From assembly GCA_973895155.1 (NCBI GenBank), contig OZ316895.1, positions 20,846,803 through 20,910,802 of the forward strand: DNA of 64,000 nucleotides. Direction: 5' to 3'. The stretch's first letter is position 1. Each line of letters opens with the position of its first letter. The notes beneath the pieces were generated by a model. It was given only the letters and a program-made list of their open reading frames with translations. It was not told the origin of the DNA and did not search any database. Both the position numbers and the translations under genes were made by a program. This stretch comes from Marsupella aquatica (lineage: Eukaryota; Plantae; Marchantiophyta). Shown here piece after piece: positions 47,694 through 61,476 of this stretch.

Positions 47694-47907
47694 GCACATA
47701 GATTTCTTAGAATGGCTGACTGGAATGGCCGGAAAAAATTGGGAGAGGGCACATAGATTTCTTAGAATGGCTGACCGGAATGACCGGAAAAAATTGGGAG
47801 AGGGCACATAGATTTCTTAGAACGGCTGACCGGAACCACCGGAAAAAATTGAGAGAGGGCACATAGATTTCTTAGAACGGCTGACCGGGAAAAATTGGGA
47901 GAGGGCA
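47694..47907. repeat. 55-bp tandem repeat, 4 copies (last shortened)
   Basis: GCACATAGATTTCTTAGAATGGCTGACCGGAATGACCGGAAAAAATTGGGAGAGG starting at 47694, 47749, 47804, 47859. Confidence 0.92.
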
Positions 47908-48978
47908 AGTTTGAGACTCCCTAAAGGGTGTTTTGGCTCTGGTCTTGGTCATGCAGGTTTTCCCGAAACTAAAGTGGCGGGCAAATAGGTGGTGCCACTT
48001 GCAACCCAGGTCTGAAACGCTTTTTTGCAGCCTTTCAGGTTTTAGATGCCCTAATAAAATCAAGCCAGGGCATGACCAAATCCAATAATATCAAGTCAAA
48101 AGGGCAAGCCCACTGAATTACTCAAATAGTATTGGATATTCATTTTACTCTCTTAGTGTTTTCCAGTTACTGAAATAAGCTTTGAGAGGCACTCTAGATC
48201 ATTGAATTCTTACTGCATTGATTTCTGGATTTTTAGTGGTTGCATCCTCTATGGGCAACTCGAACACACTGGTCTTTGTGAATGGAATTCAAAAAATCTT
48301 TCAAGGCAAAATACTCCAACATGCTGCTCAATAACACACTGCACGTCTAAACTACTGGTTCACGTTCAAGAAAAGGTGAATTTCAAGGCGACTTCCACTC
48401 CACCTGAAGGTAATGGTTATTATTCAAAGTTCCCCGCGGCTTACCGAAAGAAGAAGTACTCAGTCTTTGCACTCGGATGACTTGCACCGCAAGTGCAAGC
48501 CAACATTGCAGAAAGGAAAGTGACAAATAGAGTGAATCGATCGTCAGTAAAGTAGCAAGGCTCTAGACTAGACTGTCTAATAAGAACAATTACCCAGTAG
48601 TTTTCCGATCCAAGACTAAGCAAATGAAGCTGAAGATCACACCTGCCAAATTTTGTCCAACAAATCATGAATGTGGATAATTTAATCAAAATAACTGGAA
48701 GATCAACAGAATTGAGAATACAAAGGAAAACTCCTTCCACGCTTTGAGCCGGAAGCAAGAAGACCTAACATCCACCCAGATAGCCTGTGGATACATGCTA
48801 CAATTGCCTCAATCCGGAGCATCATCTCTTTCTAATAAGCTTTGGTCGATAGCAATACATCGACATTTTAGCCCTTTGCAAGAACCTTGGACATCCGGGC
48901 GTTTTATGGACCAGCAATTCACATGTTACTCCAATTCGTTGATGGCACCACTACTCATGTTAACCAGAATGCAGTTTT

Positions 48979-49659
48979 TCATCTCCGCAGCCGTTGTAGG
49001 GCTTCCTTGGCATCAGGAGACTTGGGATCCAGCAAGACTGCATTGTTGAATGCCTCGATTGCCTTGTCCAAGTTGCCATCCTTCTCATAAGCTTCACCTA
49101 ACAAGACTTGTAACCGGGGATTCTTGGGAGTGAGGGAAACTGATTCGTTCAAATCTAGCAAGGCTTCCTGGATCAACCCACTTTCAGATTCTAAGGCGGC
49201 CTTCTTGACCAAGGTGCTCGAACGTTCCGGTACAGTGAGGCTTTTCGGTCTCGAGAGCGCCTGGGCCAGCTCTTTAATGGCTGCCCCTGATTTTCCCACA
49301 ACCTCAAGAGCCAGAGACTTCACGATGTGGTAAGCAGCGTCATTAGGGTCAACCCCAATTGCGAGGTTCGCCTCCATAATAGCTTGCTCTGCCAAGACTT
49401 TAGCCTGGGTTGGGCTCTGCCCCTTTCTCTGTGCCTCGGCCAGTAAAGAGGCAGCCTTGACAAAATAGCGACGTGCTTTCGTTTGTGAGATCCGACGGTT
49501 TCGAATGTACAAGAAACCTGTACCGAGTAATGTGCATGCTACCACTAGGATTGATACATACACAGGAAATCTTTCTGGTAGCGAAAAGTTCTCCAACGAA
49601 AAGTCCTCCAACTGTGGAAATCTTGCTGCTGAGAAGGACTCATCGTCCCCCTCTCCCAT
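48979..49659 (-). CDS. Single-pass membrane TPR-repeat protein (~226 aa)
   Basis: TM helix VYVSILVVACTLLGTGFLYI followed by basic RNRR; TPR consensus AIGVDPNDAAYHIVKSLAL, SVSLTPKNPRLQVLLGEAYEKDGNLDKAIEAFNNAVLLDPKSPDA; first ATG at 49659. Confidence 0.82.
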   Translation of the reverse strand: MGEGDDESFSAARFPQLEDFSLENFSLPERFPVYVSILVVACTLLGTGFLYIRNRRISQTKARRYFVKAASLLAEAQRKGQSPTQAKVLAEQAIMEANLAIGVDPNDAAYHIVKSLALEVVGKSGAAIKELAQALSRPKSLTVPERSSTLVKKAALESESGLIQEALLDLNESVSLTPKNPRLQVLLGEAYEKDGNLDKAIEAFNNAVLLDPKSPDAKEALQRLRR

Positions 49660-51127
49660 TCTGCCTGCACTGGCTTCCAACCTCAAGCCCTACCGGACCT
49701 CTATATGATCCTGCTGCACTTCTATCCCTGGCAATGGATTTCAAGTCAGCTTGTTTTGCTTCCTAAGTTTTCCACCTTCTCCTGTCAAATTGGTAGTTTC
49801 GTTATATCAGTCACCCAACTCAATTTGCTTCCCCCTCCTCGCCACTTCGCCTTGCTGCTCGCACCACGTCCAAAATCCTCTGTACCATAAACTACTAAAA
49901 CGTGTGAGAAAGCCGAGACTGCCAGTTCTGCACTAGATTAAAAAAAATAAGGGAGTGGGTCTGTAGACATTGAAGGACTTTAATTGTTTCACACCTTGGA
50001 CCCCTTCCTATATCTGCTGGCAAACCCGCTTCAAGTTCGTCCAATTCAAACCACCGTCCTTCCCAGGAATAGACTACCGCATGCTGACAACCGATGCAAG
50101 AGAAATCCAGGAGACTGACTTCACATCTCCACTTACAAGGTGAGGTATGTTGCGAGCGCCCTCTTCCTTCTTGTGAACCCACCCGCCCCGTTCACAGCTC
50201 AACTCTCCACCCGCCGAAATGTCAACCCTTTCATATCTCTGATGATCCTCGCAAAACAGCAAATTTGAGGGAGCCGCCAGCACCCTCTCTCTCTCTCGCC
50301 CTCCCTGCACTCCTAGTGTAGACAGCAACCAGATCGATTATTCGCTGATGCCAATCCTCCTCCCTCGAAGAATCAGCAAAACCGGAGAATACCCTTCCTG
50401 TTCTCTGGCCCTTGTTCCTCACCTTCCACAAGATTTCTGGAACACGAACCAGAGCCCAACACTTCTACTCTGCACGCCTCCCTCCACCCAGACCGACAGA
50501 TCCTTCGACCCCGCAGACGCCCGTTCCTACCGCACAGTCCACTTCCAGAATGTACAAAACAGTATCCAGATTAGATCACGCTCTCTCCTCCAAGAATCTG
50601 CAGAGCTCGAGGTCAGGAAATCCACCGAATTTTTCCCTCAACACGAATCGGAGGGCTCGTTCCCGCTCAATTATAGATCGTAGTGACTGCCATTTCACCC
50701 ACTTTCTCGTGTCTCCACAACCCGCTCTCATCTCTCACTTGCTCTATGCTCACATCTCGTCAACACCCCACCAGCACCGTTACTCCTCCTCAGCCCTTAG
50801 CCCTCAGCCCTCCATTCCTCCTCAGGCCTCAATCCTCTAGTCCCCTGCTCCAATGAAGCAGGACTGGCATCAGATGGAGCGGACCAAACGCACTCCTTAC
50901 CAGAACGAGAGAAGAATCTCCAGTGCATGAATGGTACGGTGGTCGCTTGCTGTGCACAGAGGAGGTGCAGAGACCCTTCCTTTCCACCATCTATGCTGAC
51001 GGCGCGATGGGTGCTTCGGTAGTTGGGTCTGCGCAATTTCAGCTCACGTCTTCAGTCCTCAGCTCGTAGTAGACAGTAGTGGTATTCAGTCCTCTGCTCA
51101 TAGTAGTGTGGTACAGGGTGGAACCTC

Positions 51128-51602
51128 TAGCCTACCCTTAAAGTATTGTACTAGGGAGTCTCAAGGCTTCCAATTACAGACTATGGCTATATATATATAT
51201 ATATATATATATAAGAGTGCCCAAGGGCAAAAAAGGCCGAATCTGGAGACAAGATTCAAAAGGCAAAGCAACCCAATGGAGGAATTAGCCTACCCTTAAA
51301 GTATTGTACTAGGGAGTCTCAAAGCTTCCAATTACAGACTATGGCTAAGCCTACCCTTAAAGTATTGTACTAGGGAGTCTCAAAGCTTCCAATTACAGAC
51401 TATGGCTATACATATCACAACGCCCAGGGCAAAAAAGGCCAAACCTGGAGACAAGATCCCAAGGGCAAAAAAGGCCAAACCTGGAGACAAGATCCCAAAG
51501 GCAAATCAACCCAATGGAGGGGAGGAAAAGAGGGGAAAGGGCCCTAATTACAGACTATGGCTTATTAGGGCATCTCAAAGCTTCCAATTTATGGACTATG
51601 GC
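51128..51602. repeat. Composite repeat: ~60-bp unit x3 plus partials, (TA)n tract, and 35-bp unit GGGCAAAAAAGGCCAAACCTGGAGACAAGATCCCA
   Basis: AGCCTACCCTTAAAGTATTGTACTAGGGAGTCTCAAAGCTTCCAATTACAGACTATGGCTA at ~51129, ~51287, ~51348; (TA)n at 51188-51213. Confidence 0.85.
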
Positions 51603-53774
51603 TTTCTGCAGAAAAGAATGGTCATAACTTTTTCACAAGGTTTTGTAAATTTATTTATATTTCCACTAGAGTAATGGTCACAACTTTTTCACAAGGTTGT
51701 TAAGTTTATTTATTTATTCAGTAGCCTCTATAGTGAACAATGGTAAAGGAATACAACCAATCCATAACTTTTTGTCTCGTACCCTGTAAACTATATATGA
51801 GAGCTTCAAGACACCTTATTGTGTTCAAAGGATCTATCCTGGTAAGCTTGAGAACTTTGCCCGGCGATCTGCCACCATTAGGGCGTCTTGATACTCAGTC
51901 ATACCAGTATAACTGAAGATATGGGAGCTGAGCTTTGGCTGCTGTAAGGAATGCCCACGGGATGGGATCAACACCTAACAAGTAACCTTAACAACTTTCC
52001 TGTAACTTGAGGTGGAATCCGGGAATCTGGGAATTTGCAATTGAAGGCTCTTGGTCAGCCACCACCTCAACTGCAGAGTCAGTTTGAACATATCTCATCC
52101 TGTGGAGGTTGTTTTTGGGAGTATAGTGCCCAAAATGCTAAAGTGTCTGCTGGATGGGCATTTAGAGCATTCTCACCCGTCACGCCATTCAACACTTGTG
52201 TAAATGTTGAGCAGCAAGTTGAATGGCTGACCAGCTTTTAGGTGGTGACCTTCAGCATCCCCAGCTGGTGCGCATTGTGCAAGTAATGTGATGGTCTTCT
52301 GTCAATTCCAGTTGTGTTGCTGTTGTCCAGGTGTCTCACAATGGGTTAATCTATTGTCCTGTTGCCCTCTTATTGTCAGTAACATTAATTTTCCACTCAC
52401 ACTAATTAGATGCTAACTCTGATACTGGGGAGAGTTGTATTAGAAAGGGTATTGAATGAACTTTCCACCAAACCAAATTAGCTTGATTCTGATTATATTT
52501 GGAAGCACTATGAGTGCCGAAAGCAACAAGGCTTCCAAGAAATACTGGACTCAGTTAGGCAGCCTTTCTGTCCTCATGGTTATGGGTGTGGTCCATCCAA
52601 ATCCCATGGTTTAGGGACAAGAGACATCTTTTTATTTGGCAAAACTTTGCCCAATAGCATCTCACCTAGAAGTCTTCACCACTTTTGGCAAAAACTTGCT
52701 AGGTTTTTATGTCTTAGATTAGCCAGTTTCCCACCTAGTCACAGACCCATTTGGCTAAAATCTGACATTATCATAAAATTTAGCTCCATCTAATGTCAGG
52801 ACTACTCTACAAAATTAGAGAGAATATTCTTAACATATTCTCATTAACCCAAGGTGACATTGGCCACCATTATCCAACACCCCAGTAATTTCACAAAACA
52901 AAGCCACATATTTAGAGAGAACAACACTTAGTGATATACGAGAACAACTTGGTCTCTATCGTGGTATGGAAAAGCCATCCAATCTGTGTGCAAATGCGAC
53001 TGTATGCTTTATGTCGTCACTTTTAACGTGCATTTACCATGAAGGCATTAGCCACCTTGGCCCACCTTGTCGACACAGAAAAAACTTTAAAAATCATGCG
53101 AGGGGTCACGGGCTGGACGTGGGTGCCAGGGAAAGAGCAGAAACGGAGTCTGATTGACCACAGTACATATTTATGATGTACCTGGCCGAGGCGGGAACTT
53201 CATTGGAAGCAAGGCAGTCCTTCTTTTTGTCCTCCCTTTCGGACAAATAATGAAGAACGAGCTCAAGATCACACGAAGCTCGACTTCCGTTGCGCTTTAC
53301 TGCTGCTGTCGGTCTGCCTGTCGAGGGCTACTAGCCAATCGAGCTGAGCAGGCAGACCATATCGATGTTCTTTCGTGGATGGAGCCTTCCTTGCAGTCGG
53401 CGGGAACTGAAGGTTCGATTGCAGGGGCTCTCTATATCACTGTGCCAAGCCAAAAGGACAAAACCGCCAACCCCGGAGATAGTATCCCAAAGGCAAAAGG
53501 ACCCAAAGAAAGGGAGGGAAAAGGGAAAGACCCCAAGAAGACCAGAGAGTCCTCCTTGGTCTTCATCTTCGTGTCATTGCCTTCACCAGTAAGTGAAAAA
53601 AAGACCTGCCTCAAATGGTAGACTGTGGGTCGGGTCAGGTCTGGACGTCTGGTAGGCGATCTGATTGTATTCGGATCATGACTATACTGTGCAGGGCACC
53701 TGGACTGATAATAATAATAATTTATCTCCATCAATGAGTCCAACTGAAGAAGCGCGGAAGCTTACAGTAGATAG

Positions 53775-54085
53775 AATGAGTTGATGGTGCCACAGGCTGC
53801 TAGACGCTTATATTGTTGATTAGATTCGGCTGAAAATTAGCTTCCACTCCTGGAGACTTTGCCAAGCCGAATGAGCTGATGATGATGCCAGTGCTAGTTG
53901 TTTGATAGATTCAAAGGTTAGTTAGCCTCCGCTGTGTAGTAATGGAAACTTCGCTAAGTTCAATGGGCTGATGATGAAGCCACTGCTAGAAGCTTCAGTT
54001 GTTGATGAAATTCCGTCAATTAGCTTCCGCTGTGTGACAAAGGAAACTGAATTCAAATGATGATGCCACTACTAGAAACTTACAA
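53775..54085. repeat. Degenerate ~90-bp tandem repeat, 3-4 copies
   Basis: TGATGATGCCACTGCTAGA...GTTGAT..ATTC...TTAGCTTCC.CT...GGAAACT recurring. Confidence 0.65.
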
Positions 54086-54774
54086 GAAGCACTTCAAACT
54101 TTTGGTTTGCCTATTTTCAGTACTTTTTGGATTTCCGTCCCTTACCACCACCCAAAGCCTCTTGTATATTATTTGCTGTTCGTCATACCTTATGAATGAT
54201 ACGGCCATCCTTGGAGAAAATACCCTCCAGTCAGCAACCAACCCAGGGCGAGACATGTCTTAGTCGACGAGCTGTTTACGCTAGTGTGACACTTCCTTTG
54301 TCACTGCATTGACATGAATTATGCCATTGACCCTACTCTCTGGACGGAGAACGAATAGTTGCATAAAAGAGCAGAAGTTGATGGAATGACACAGCTGGAA
54401 AAAGTTGAGCTTGGCGTCGCTAGCAAATTATCCAGCAGAACAGAGGGCTCATTCACGTAGTATTGAACCATATTCTTTGAAACATTTTTTAATTACCAAT
54501 CTGAGAATTGTCTCAATATACAATGGCAATTCACTCTTTGGTGAATTGCTATTTATCATGATAGGGAAATTTCAGAGCCACTGAACTAGTATTCAAAATC
54601 CAGACGTTCGTCAACAGTAGCTTGCCCTTTGCCTTTCATCCATGACTGAAATTCTGCTCCGAAGCCTCATCCACTCAATTTGACCAAAGGTATCGATCAC
54701 AGGGATCCTATGAATTATGGTACAAATCAACCAACACATCAATTACATGCACTAAATTATCCAGTGCATCTTTG

Positions 54775-57700
54775 CTAAGGAGCCCAAAACGGTTTCCCGT
54801 TTGAAAAAGGCTTTGACTGAGGAGCTGGCACATGACCTGCAAGAGACTCTTCCTCTTCCTCTCCATACTCCACAAGCTTCAGCCCTGTACCAGGTGGGGC
54901 AACTAACACCACAGCATAACAAAGACAGGCATTTGTGCAATTGTACAAATGCCGAGTTAACCAAGATACCAATTGATGAGATAGACTTTCAGCATATGTG
55001 AGATAATATCGAAGGCAACTTGTATTTGAACGATCGAATCAAGATCGATACAAAACCGAAAGTAGCTAACCAGACAAAAGAAATTGCATGAATAATCACA
55101 AATGAAGACCAGTAACTCACCATATCCGTCAGGTTGGTTGGAGCCACCATAGAGCGATGGTGAGCGACTTGACGCAGATCTTTGCCCCGATGATATGGGT
55201 TTAGGAGGGAGCATACTCCTTGAAGCTGGTGGACGCATACTCATACCAGGAGGACTTGGGTCCTGAGATAAAGTAGACGCATCCAGTCCTGATCGGGGTG
55301 TTGCTCGCCTCCCTTGCTGCTACAAGACATCCAAGGTTAGTGTAGGGACAATCAACAATGATATTACGGTTAAAGGAAGAGAATTTTGAACTAACTGTAT
55401 AAAAGATCTGGCCAACCAAAAATTCTCTCAGTCTCCTACGACTTCAACATATCCGAGGAAAAACAGACACAGATCAGATCAGATTCAGATAACATTAAAC
55501 TGACAATATTGATTCACTACTCATGTTGCTGGTCTTCAGGGATCGTTCCAAAGACCCAAGTCTCAGTACGAAGAGCACAATGCATCAGTGAAGATTATGA
55601 ACAGCCACTTGGGTGACTCTTTGAACGGCAAAAGATTTTTGTCCACCCTTAATCCAAGCTCCTTTAAACTTTATCCCTGTGAAACAATGAGAATGCACGT
55701 CCAACAGTGAAGAGCTCGCTACGAGTAAGCCTCGATAGTGGGTCAAAATGATATACCTGGCACACGTACATGCAGTGTCAGTACAAGCTATTAGGCTTCA
55801 CAGATACTATTCTTTATACAGCTTCAACGAAGATACAGACACCTCTGGACTTCTGGCACTTGCAGTGAACCCCTCAATTATAAAGAAGAGAAGATAGTAT
55901 CAAAGCGAGTTCGCATCCAGTTCCATGGAGTTGCTCCCTTCTTGATAATTAATCTCTGCATGGTCAATACAGGTATGGCTCTCACCAAAGCAAACACTTC
56001 AAGTAGCCAAGCTAACAAACGTGAAATGCCAGGCCCATTCATCGAAATTTCCTGCCGACAGTCATACATCTGTGAAAACCACTCACAAACGCCGATATCC
56101 ATGAAGATGTCAGTGACCTAAAGACAAACAAAGTCAACTTGCTGGCGTTTTCCATCCCACCTGTTCTTCCCCTGACGCGTCCTTGCCGCCAACAGGAAAC
56201 TCCTGGAATTTACGCCGTAGAGCTGGTTGCTTCTCTGAAATTTTCTCCTGAAAGGAACTTGACTGTGCCTTGGTGAGAGTCGCAAGGACTGCTGAACTAG
56301 TTGGAGGCTTTACAGACACTGGCAAAGGTGGTCTTTGCAACGCTTGGGCCACCTGCTGTAAAGGGGGAGCTTCGGGATAAACACCACTATAACCACCATA
56401 TGAAGAGGCTGCCGGAGTCTGGATCTGATTTGATGTAAAAGCTTGAGAATAGGAAGGTAAAAACGTTTGCCCAGGAGATGCCATCTGTGATATTTGAGAT
56501 ACTTCATTTGCTTTTAGTTGTGCAGGTGAGACACCATTCAGATGTGGCGGCAAAATTTGAGGAGAGCTAACATAGGGCGAGGGCATGGCAGGATATCCAG
56601 CATGTGAAATACTGGAGTTCACTGCAGAGACAACTGCAGCAGGAAGACTCGATGAGGTGAAATCATTGGCCGAGGACTGTGAGAACTTCTCTCTTATCCT
56701 CACATGTGTCTTTGTTTCTACAGAACTACCGGTGGGTCGGTCAGACAGTCCTGCAGGCTGATCTCCGAGCAATACTTTCGGCGGCGGAACTGCACCATAA
56801 ACTTTGGTGGAAGATAACCTGTGCAGACACAGAACAGTAAACAACCAAACCAAGATTAAGGACTTGGACAGTAAAAGAAACTTGCAATTGAGCATCTAAG
56901 ACAACCACTGATAAATTATGACAAACAGAAAACCTTGCGACAAACTAGCCACCCACAGCGGTCATGTTAAACGAATGACCAACTTGGCCATGCATGGCAA
57001 AATTCCAAGCTCCTCTGCTTCCACAGAGTGCAGTGACTCTCAGCATCCGACTTACATATTTGAATACGGATTCACTGGAGTGGATGCCGGTTGGGTCGGA
57101 GGAAGTACTACTGTTGATGATGGGGGGAAAGGAGCTGGAGCCGGGTTCATAGAATAAGGGGGAGGAAAAACACCACCCACAGATGGATAATATCCTCCAT
57201 ATGCACTTTGTGACAGACTAGGTTGATAAGGTGGTTGCTGCGGAGTCAGATAACTTGATGGAGAAACTGCTGGAACTGTTGTCGGTACCTGATAAGGTTG
57301 CAATCTGCCAAAGGCATCACATGCCCAAAACATTACTGATTGTTCCTCACCTTCACTTTCCTAATTGACTAATTTTATATAAATCTGCAAAATTTGATAA
57401 ACATGCATGACCCATCTATCACCTAGACCAGTATCGAAACTAAGTACAGTAAAATCCACAAAACTCGGAGCCAGGTTATGAGGGCTAGCATCCAAGATTC
57501 GAACCTGTGGGAATAACTATCAGCACGAATGGTCTCAAGAAGATTCTCGGCAAGTATTTTTGCATCTTCGACACCTTTTGGGTTATCACTCGATATAGTC
57601 AGGTGCAGCTGTTGAGGTAATTCTGCACAGTACAATAGCTGCCTTTCAGGAACTCCGTTATTGTAGACCACCAGACCCTCAATAGCCATCATCGAAAACA

Positions 57701-60700
57701 GGGGTGTCCTGCATTCTTGAACTCCTCAAAGTCGATATAGCTCAAACATGGCATAACATAACTACAGGCAACGTCATGACAAATAGGATAAAACACATAG
57801 CGGACTGCTGCATACCTTCACCTGAAGCACCTTCCTTATTGCCTGAGCCTCTTCCCCTCAGAACGACACTTGCTCCTGTCTCAGTCATGATATGATTAAT
57901 GTACTGATCCTGCAATTATTGATAACCCATCCACCATCCCACACCAACAACACCACCAACAATCTCTCCCGAAGATATGGAGATGTCAGGTGCCGGGTTA
58001 CACAGAGCCTCCACATACAGCATTCAATCCAAGTATCCACCACAGGGCCCGCAAAAAGCATGCAAGACAACTCATGTCAAACGAACTAGACAACTTTGAA
58101 CTTCAAATATACACAGCGTGACTAAAGCAAATGCACAACTCGTACACAGAAAGTAGCCATGATCCAAGCGTATTGTATGATGCGGGCATCTTGGCACAAG
58201 GGCCAAGAATAATTCTGATTTTCGTCAATTTGTATTGAAAACTTAAGTACAAAATCTGGTCTTCCCAGAAACCAGGACCTTTTCCTAAGACGCCTAAACT
58301 TAGACAAAGGCTGACGCTTACATTTGGGCCACGTATTCGCCCAATAAGATTGAAAGATGGATCAGCTTCAAAGCCCACAAAAATATTGACTGTCACTGTC
58401 GGCGCCTGCTCAACCATAAAAACAGAACAACCCAAACTCCATCAATAATCCTTAAATTGAATGGTTTGGAACCTTCAAACTTACTGACACATTCATGAGC
58501 CCTAACTCGAGCACGGTAATGCAAATGATGACCATTTTACGGGAACAAATAATTACATGTCCATTGGTCGCATTCCCTGCCAGACCACTTCGCACAGGCA
58601 CCTGAGTCTGTTGCACTTGCTTCAGCATCTCGTCCACCATAGCAGCAGCTTGATCAACAGCTTTAATGCGCTCGGCAGTGTCTTTCAACTAACAAATCAA
58701 AGGTCCCAGAGTATTAATTACCCGCAAAGAGACGCAAATGTAATATTTGTACGAAACGGACAAAATCAAGACCTAACAACTAGTGTTACCAAATAATGGG
58801 TATAATGGGTGCTTGTCCTCGATGGATATGTAAACTTACATTGACACCAGCAGAGATGTGTAGGTAGAGAGGTTTCTCATTTTCAACTGGACCATTGGGT
58901 GGCCTATATCGACCCCTGGCACATCGCAAGCTTTCAGTTATGTAACAATTCAAGAAGACCCTGAGGATCGAATGACGACCCTGGTAAAAAAACTGGAGAC
59001 AATGAAATGAGGAGGTCTTGCCACACCTGGTAATCACAACAGCGCCAGTTTTGACTTGAATCTGAATGATGGAAATAACTGTTAGAAACCAGGATAAAGT
59101 TCTGAGCGACATGAATCAGAAAGATTGCTATCCTAGCGGACGAACAATGAGGAACATGTCGAGATGAAATGTAAGTACTAATTTTCAACGGGATCAGCAA
59201 GCATATAGCAACCTTTATCAGTCATTGCCTCCCATGACCCATCACAAAAATCAAATTTTCTAAAGCCAGTTTTCTACAAATTTTGTGCCAAGGATTTTGT
59301 TAAACTTGGGATCCTGCAAACTGTGACAATAGGTTTCTTGACATTGGAGTAAAAAGTGTCCAAACTCACTTCTTCTTGGGTCTGACGTTTTGTCAGTTTA
59401 TAGCGAATTCCTGGATCGGCATCATTAATAGTGATTTCCCGTGCAATTAGTTCATCCTGTATCTTTGCTTGAAGTAGAAGGCCTTTCGAGGCCAAATCCT
59501 GCCAGGACCAGAAAGAAAGGGGACATGATAGTCAATTACATCATGAACTCTACGAATAACAAATGAAGATCCTCTACCATTCACATCATACTCGGTCGAC
59601 TAATTCATAGATGATAACACTATTTAAAATAATTTTAAGAATCCCCAATTCAGAAGCAAAACACCTGAGAACAGATCAGTACCTGGTTGAATTTCTGCAC
59701 AATCGCCGCTGCATTCTGCTGCAACGTTGCAGAGGAGGTAATCTGGGCCGCTGCTGGCTGCGCAGCAGTGGCAGACATGGCTGGAAAGTAATTCACAAAT
59801 GGAAATGTACCGGAGATTGCTCCTAAACCGGTAAATGCACCAGCTGCAGCCATTGGGAATAGACCCGACATTCCTCCGCCCACAGATACAATCCCTTCTG
59901 CAGGCTGGTCCCACTTGCGCTTCCTCCTACAAAAACAATTATCCATCGTGTTTGTCAGAGCTTGTGATGGTGGAGAAAAACATTCACGAAATACCCTGCA
60001 ACTCTTTCTCAGTGCATGATATTATTAAAAGAAGGAAGGGATTCGAAAATATTAATGTGAGCAAAACGTTTGCATGGAAAGTAGGGCATCATTGCAATAA
60101 TAAGCATGCAATATTAAGTCAGTATGAGAGACGGAACCCGACAGTATGATTCGGAATAGGGCTACATCCTACCCATCGTCGAAAACTTTGATTGATGTAT
60201 TGATAGATGCTTTCGAGTTTCCGTGATTAAACAATGAAGATGTAACCCTAAGTGGAAATCCACGAGGACATGTACATTTCATTCTTCCTTGCATGACAGA
60301 GGCAACCATTGCCAAGCCTAACTCACACGTCACATGCTATCGAGGTAACTATATGAATCGTCTCTTGAATAGTAGGATACTCGCTAAGAATGACATGCAC
60401 GACCCCAAATAAATGTGGGAAAGCCGAAAAACGTGCATATTGCCGCCACATATCTAAGTGCCTTCACTTCTCCGAGACGGTGAAACCTGTGCGATCACTC
60501 GCTTCTGTGCATGACCTAACTGGACTACAAATGCATGACCTAAAACGCCGAAAAAATTCAGATCACAAAAACCGCCACATCGTTCAGAAATTAGCTCTAA
60601 TTCTCTGGAACGGGTAACCCTCCGATAGCTCCTCCCCGCATCTCGGAACCCCAAAGACAACCAATAAATGAACAAGGTCAAGCGTCTCGTGGCAGAACCC

Positions 60701-61066
60701 TCGGGGAAAGTCCCTTTGCTCCAATTGTGTACTTCTATTTTTCAGCTAGCCGATAATCACTTCGAGAAGGAAAAAGGAAACGACAAGTGTTTTCCATATA
60801 CAAATTTACCAACACAAGGTGAGAAGCAACGGGCTTCGATCCGCAAAGGAGACAGACAGACAGACAGACAGTACTCCTTAATATCATCACAAAACGCTCA
60901 TTCAACGCATCATCTTCTCTAGTAACTAAGACCAGAATACGGCCCCCATCATCATCATATCCACATACCTTTGCCGAGTCTTTTCCCCCGTGGCTACTGC
61001 ATCCGCCGCAGCCGTGTCCGCAGCAGAAGGAGCCGGAGCAGCGGCAGTGGCCGTCTCCTCCGTCAT
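54775..61066 (-). CDS. RIK: RIK-like (RS2-interacting KH-domain) RNA-binding protein, ~13 exons
   Basis: Exon 1 61066..60969 MTEETATAAAP...KTRQR; exon 2 from 59926 RKRKWDQPAE; QDELIAREITINDADPGIRYKLTKRQTQEE; GRYRPPNGPVENEKPLYLHISAG; KDTAERIKAVDQAAAMVDEMLKQ; FVGFEADPSFNLIGRIRGPN/DQYINHIMTETGASVVLRGRGSG; LHLTISSDNPKGVEDAKILAENLLETIR; RRKFQE; last exon LKLVEYGEEEE...GKPFWAP*; GT-AG junctions. Some internal boundaries are approximate. Confidence 0.9.
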
Positions 61067-61172
61067 CGCGAATCCTCAAAGCTCAAGGCTCCGTGCAACC
61101 CTAGGCACTTAAAAACGCAATTCCCTTCAACCTCGTGAGCCTCCAGAGAGCACCCCAAATCTGCTCTCCTGC

Positions 61173-61476
61173 TATGACGAAAGCAATCTGCGAGAAAAGA
61201 CTCGACTCGGTGGGACGACACTGAGGGCCCTGCAGGTCTGATAAAAGCGAGACGGGGCTTTTCCGTCAGATGAAAACGCAAGTCTCTGGAACCTCGGCAG
61301 AAACTAAAACTAAAAGCTCTGCGATGCTCTGCTCTGCGATGCTCTGCGATGCTGCGATGACGAAAGGAATCTGCGAGTGTGGGACTCGACTCGAAGGACT
61401 AGATCACTAGACTGCTATGGAAGATCAATGAATGCCGTGCAAGTCGCATAAAAGCGAGACGGGGCTTTCCGTCAGA
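61173..61476. repeat. Duplicated segment in RIK promoter/5' region
   Basis: ATGACGAAAG.AATCTGCGAG...GACTCGACTCG...ATAAAAGCGAGACGGGGCTTT(T)CCGTCAGA at ~61173-61269 and ~61357-61476, separated by GCTCTGCGAT repeats. Confidence 0.7.
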
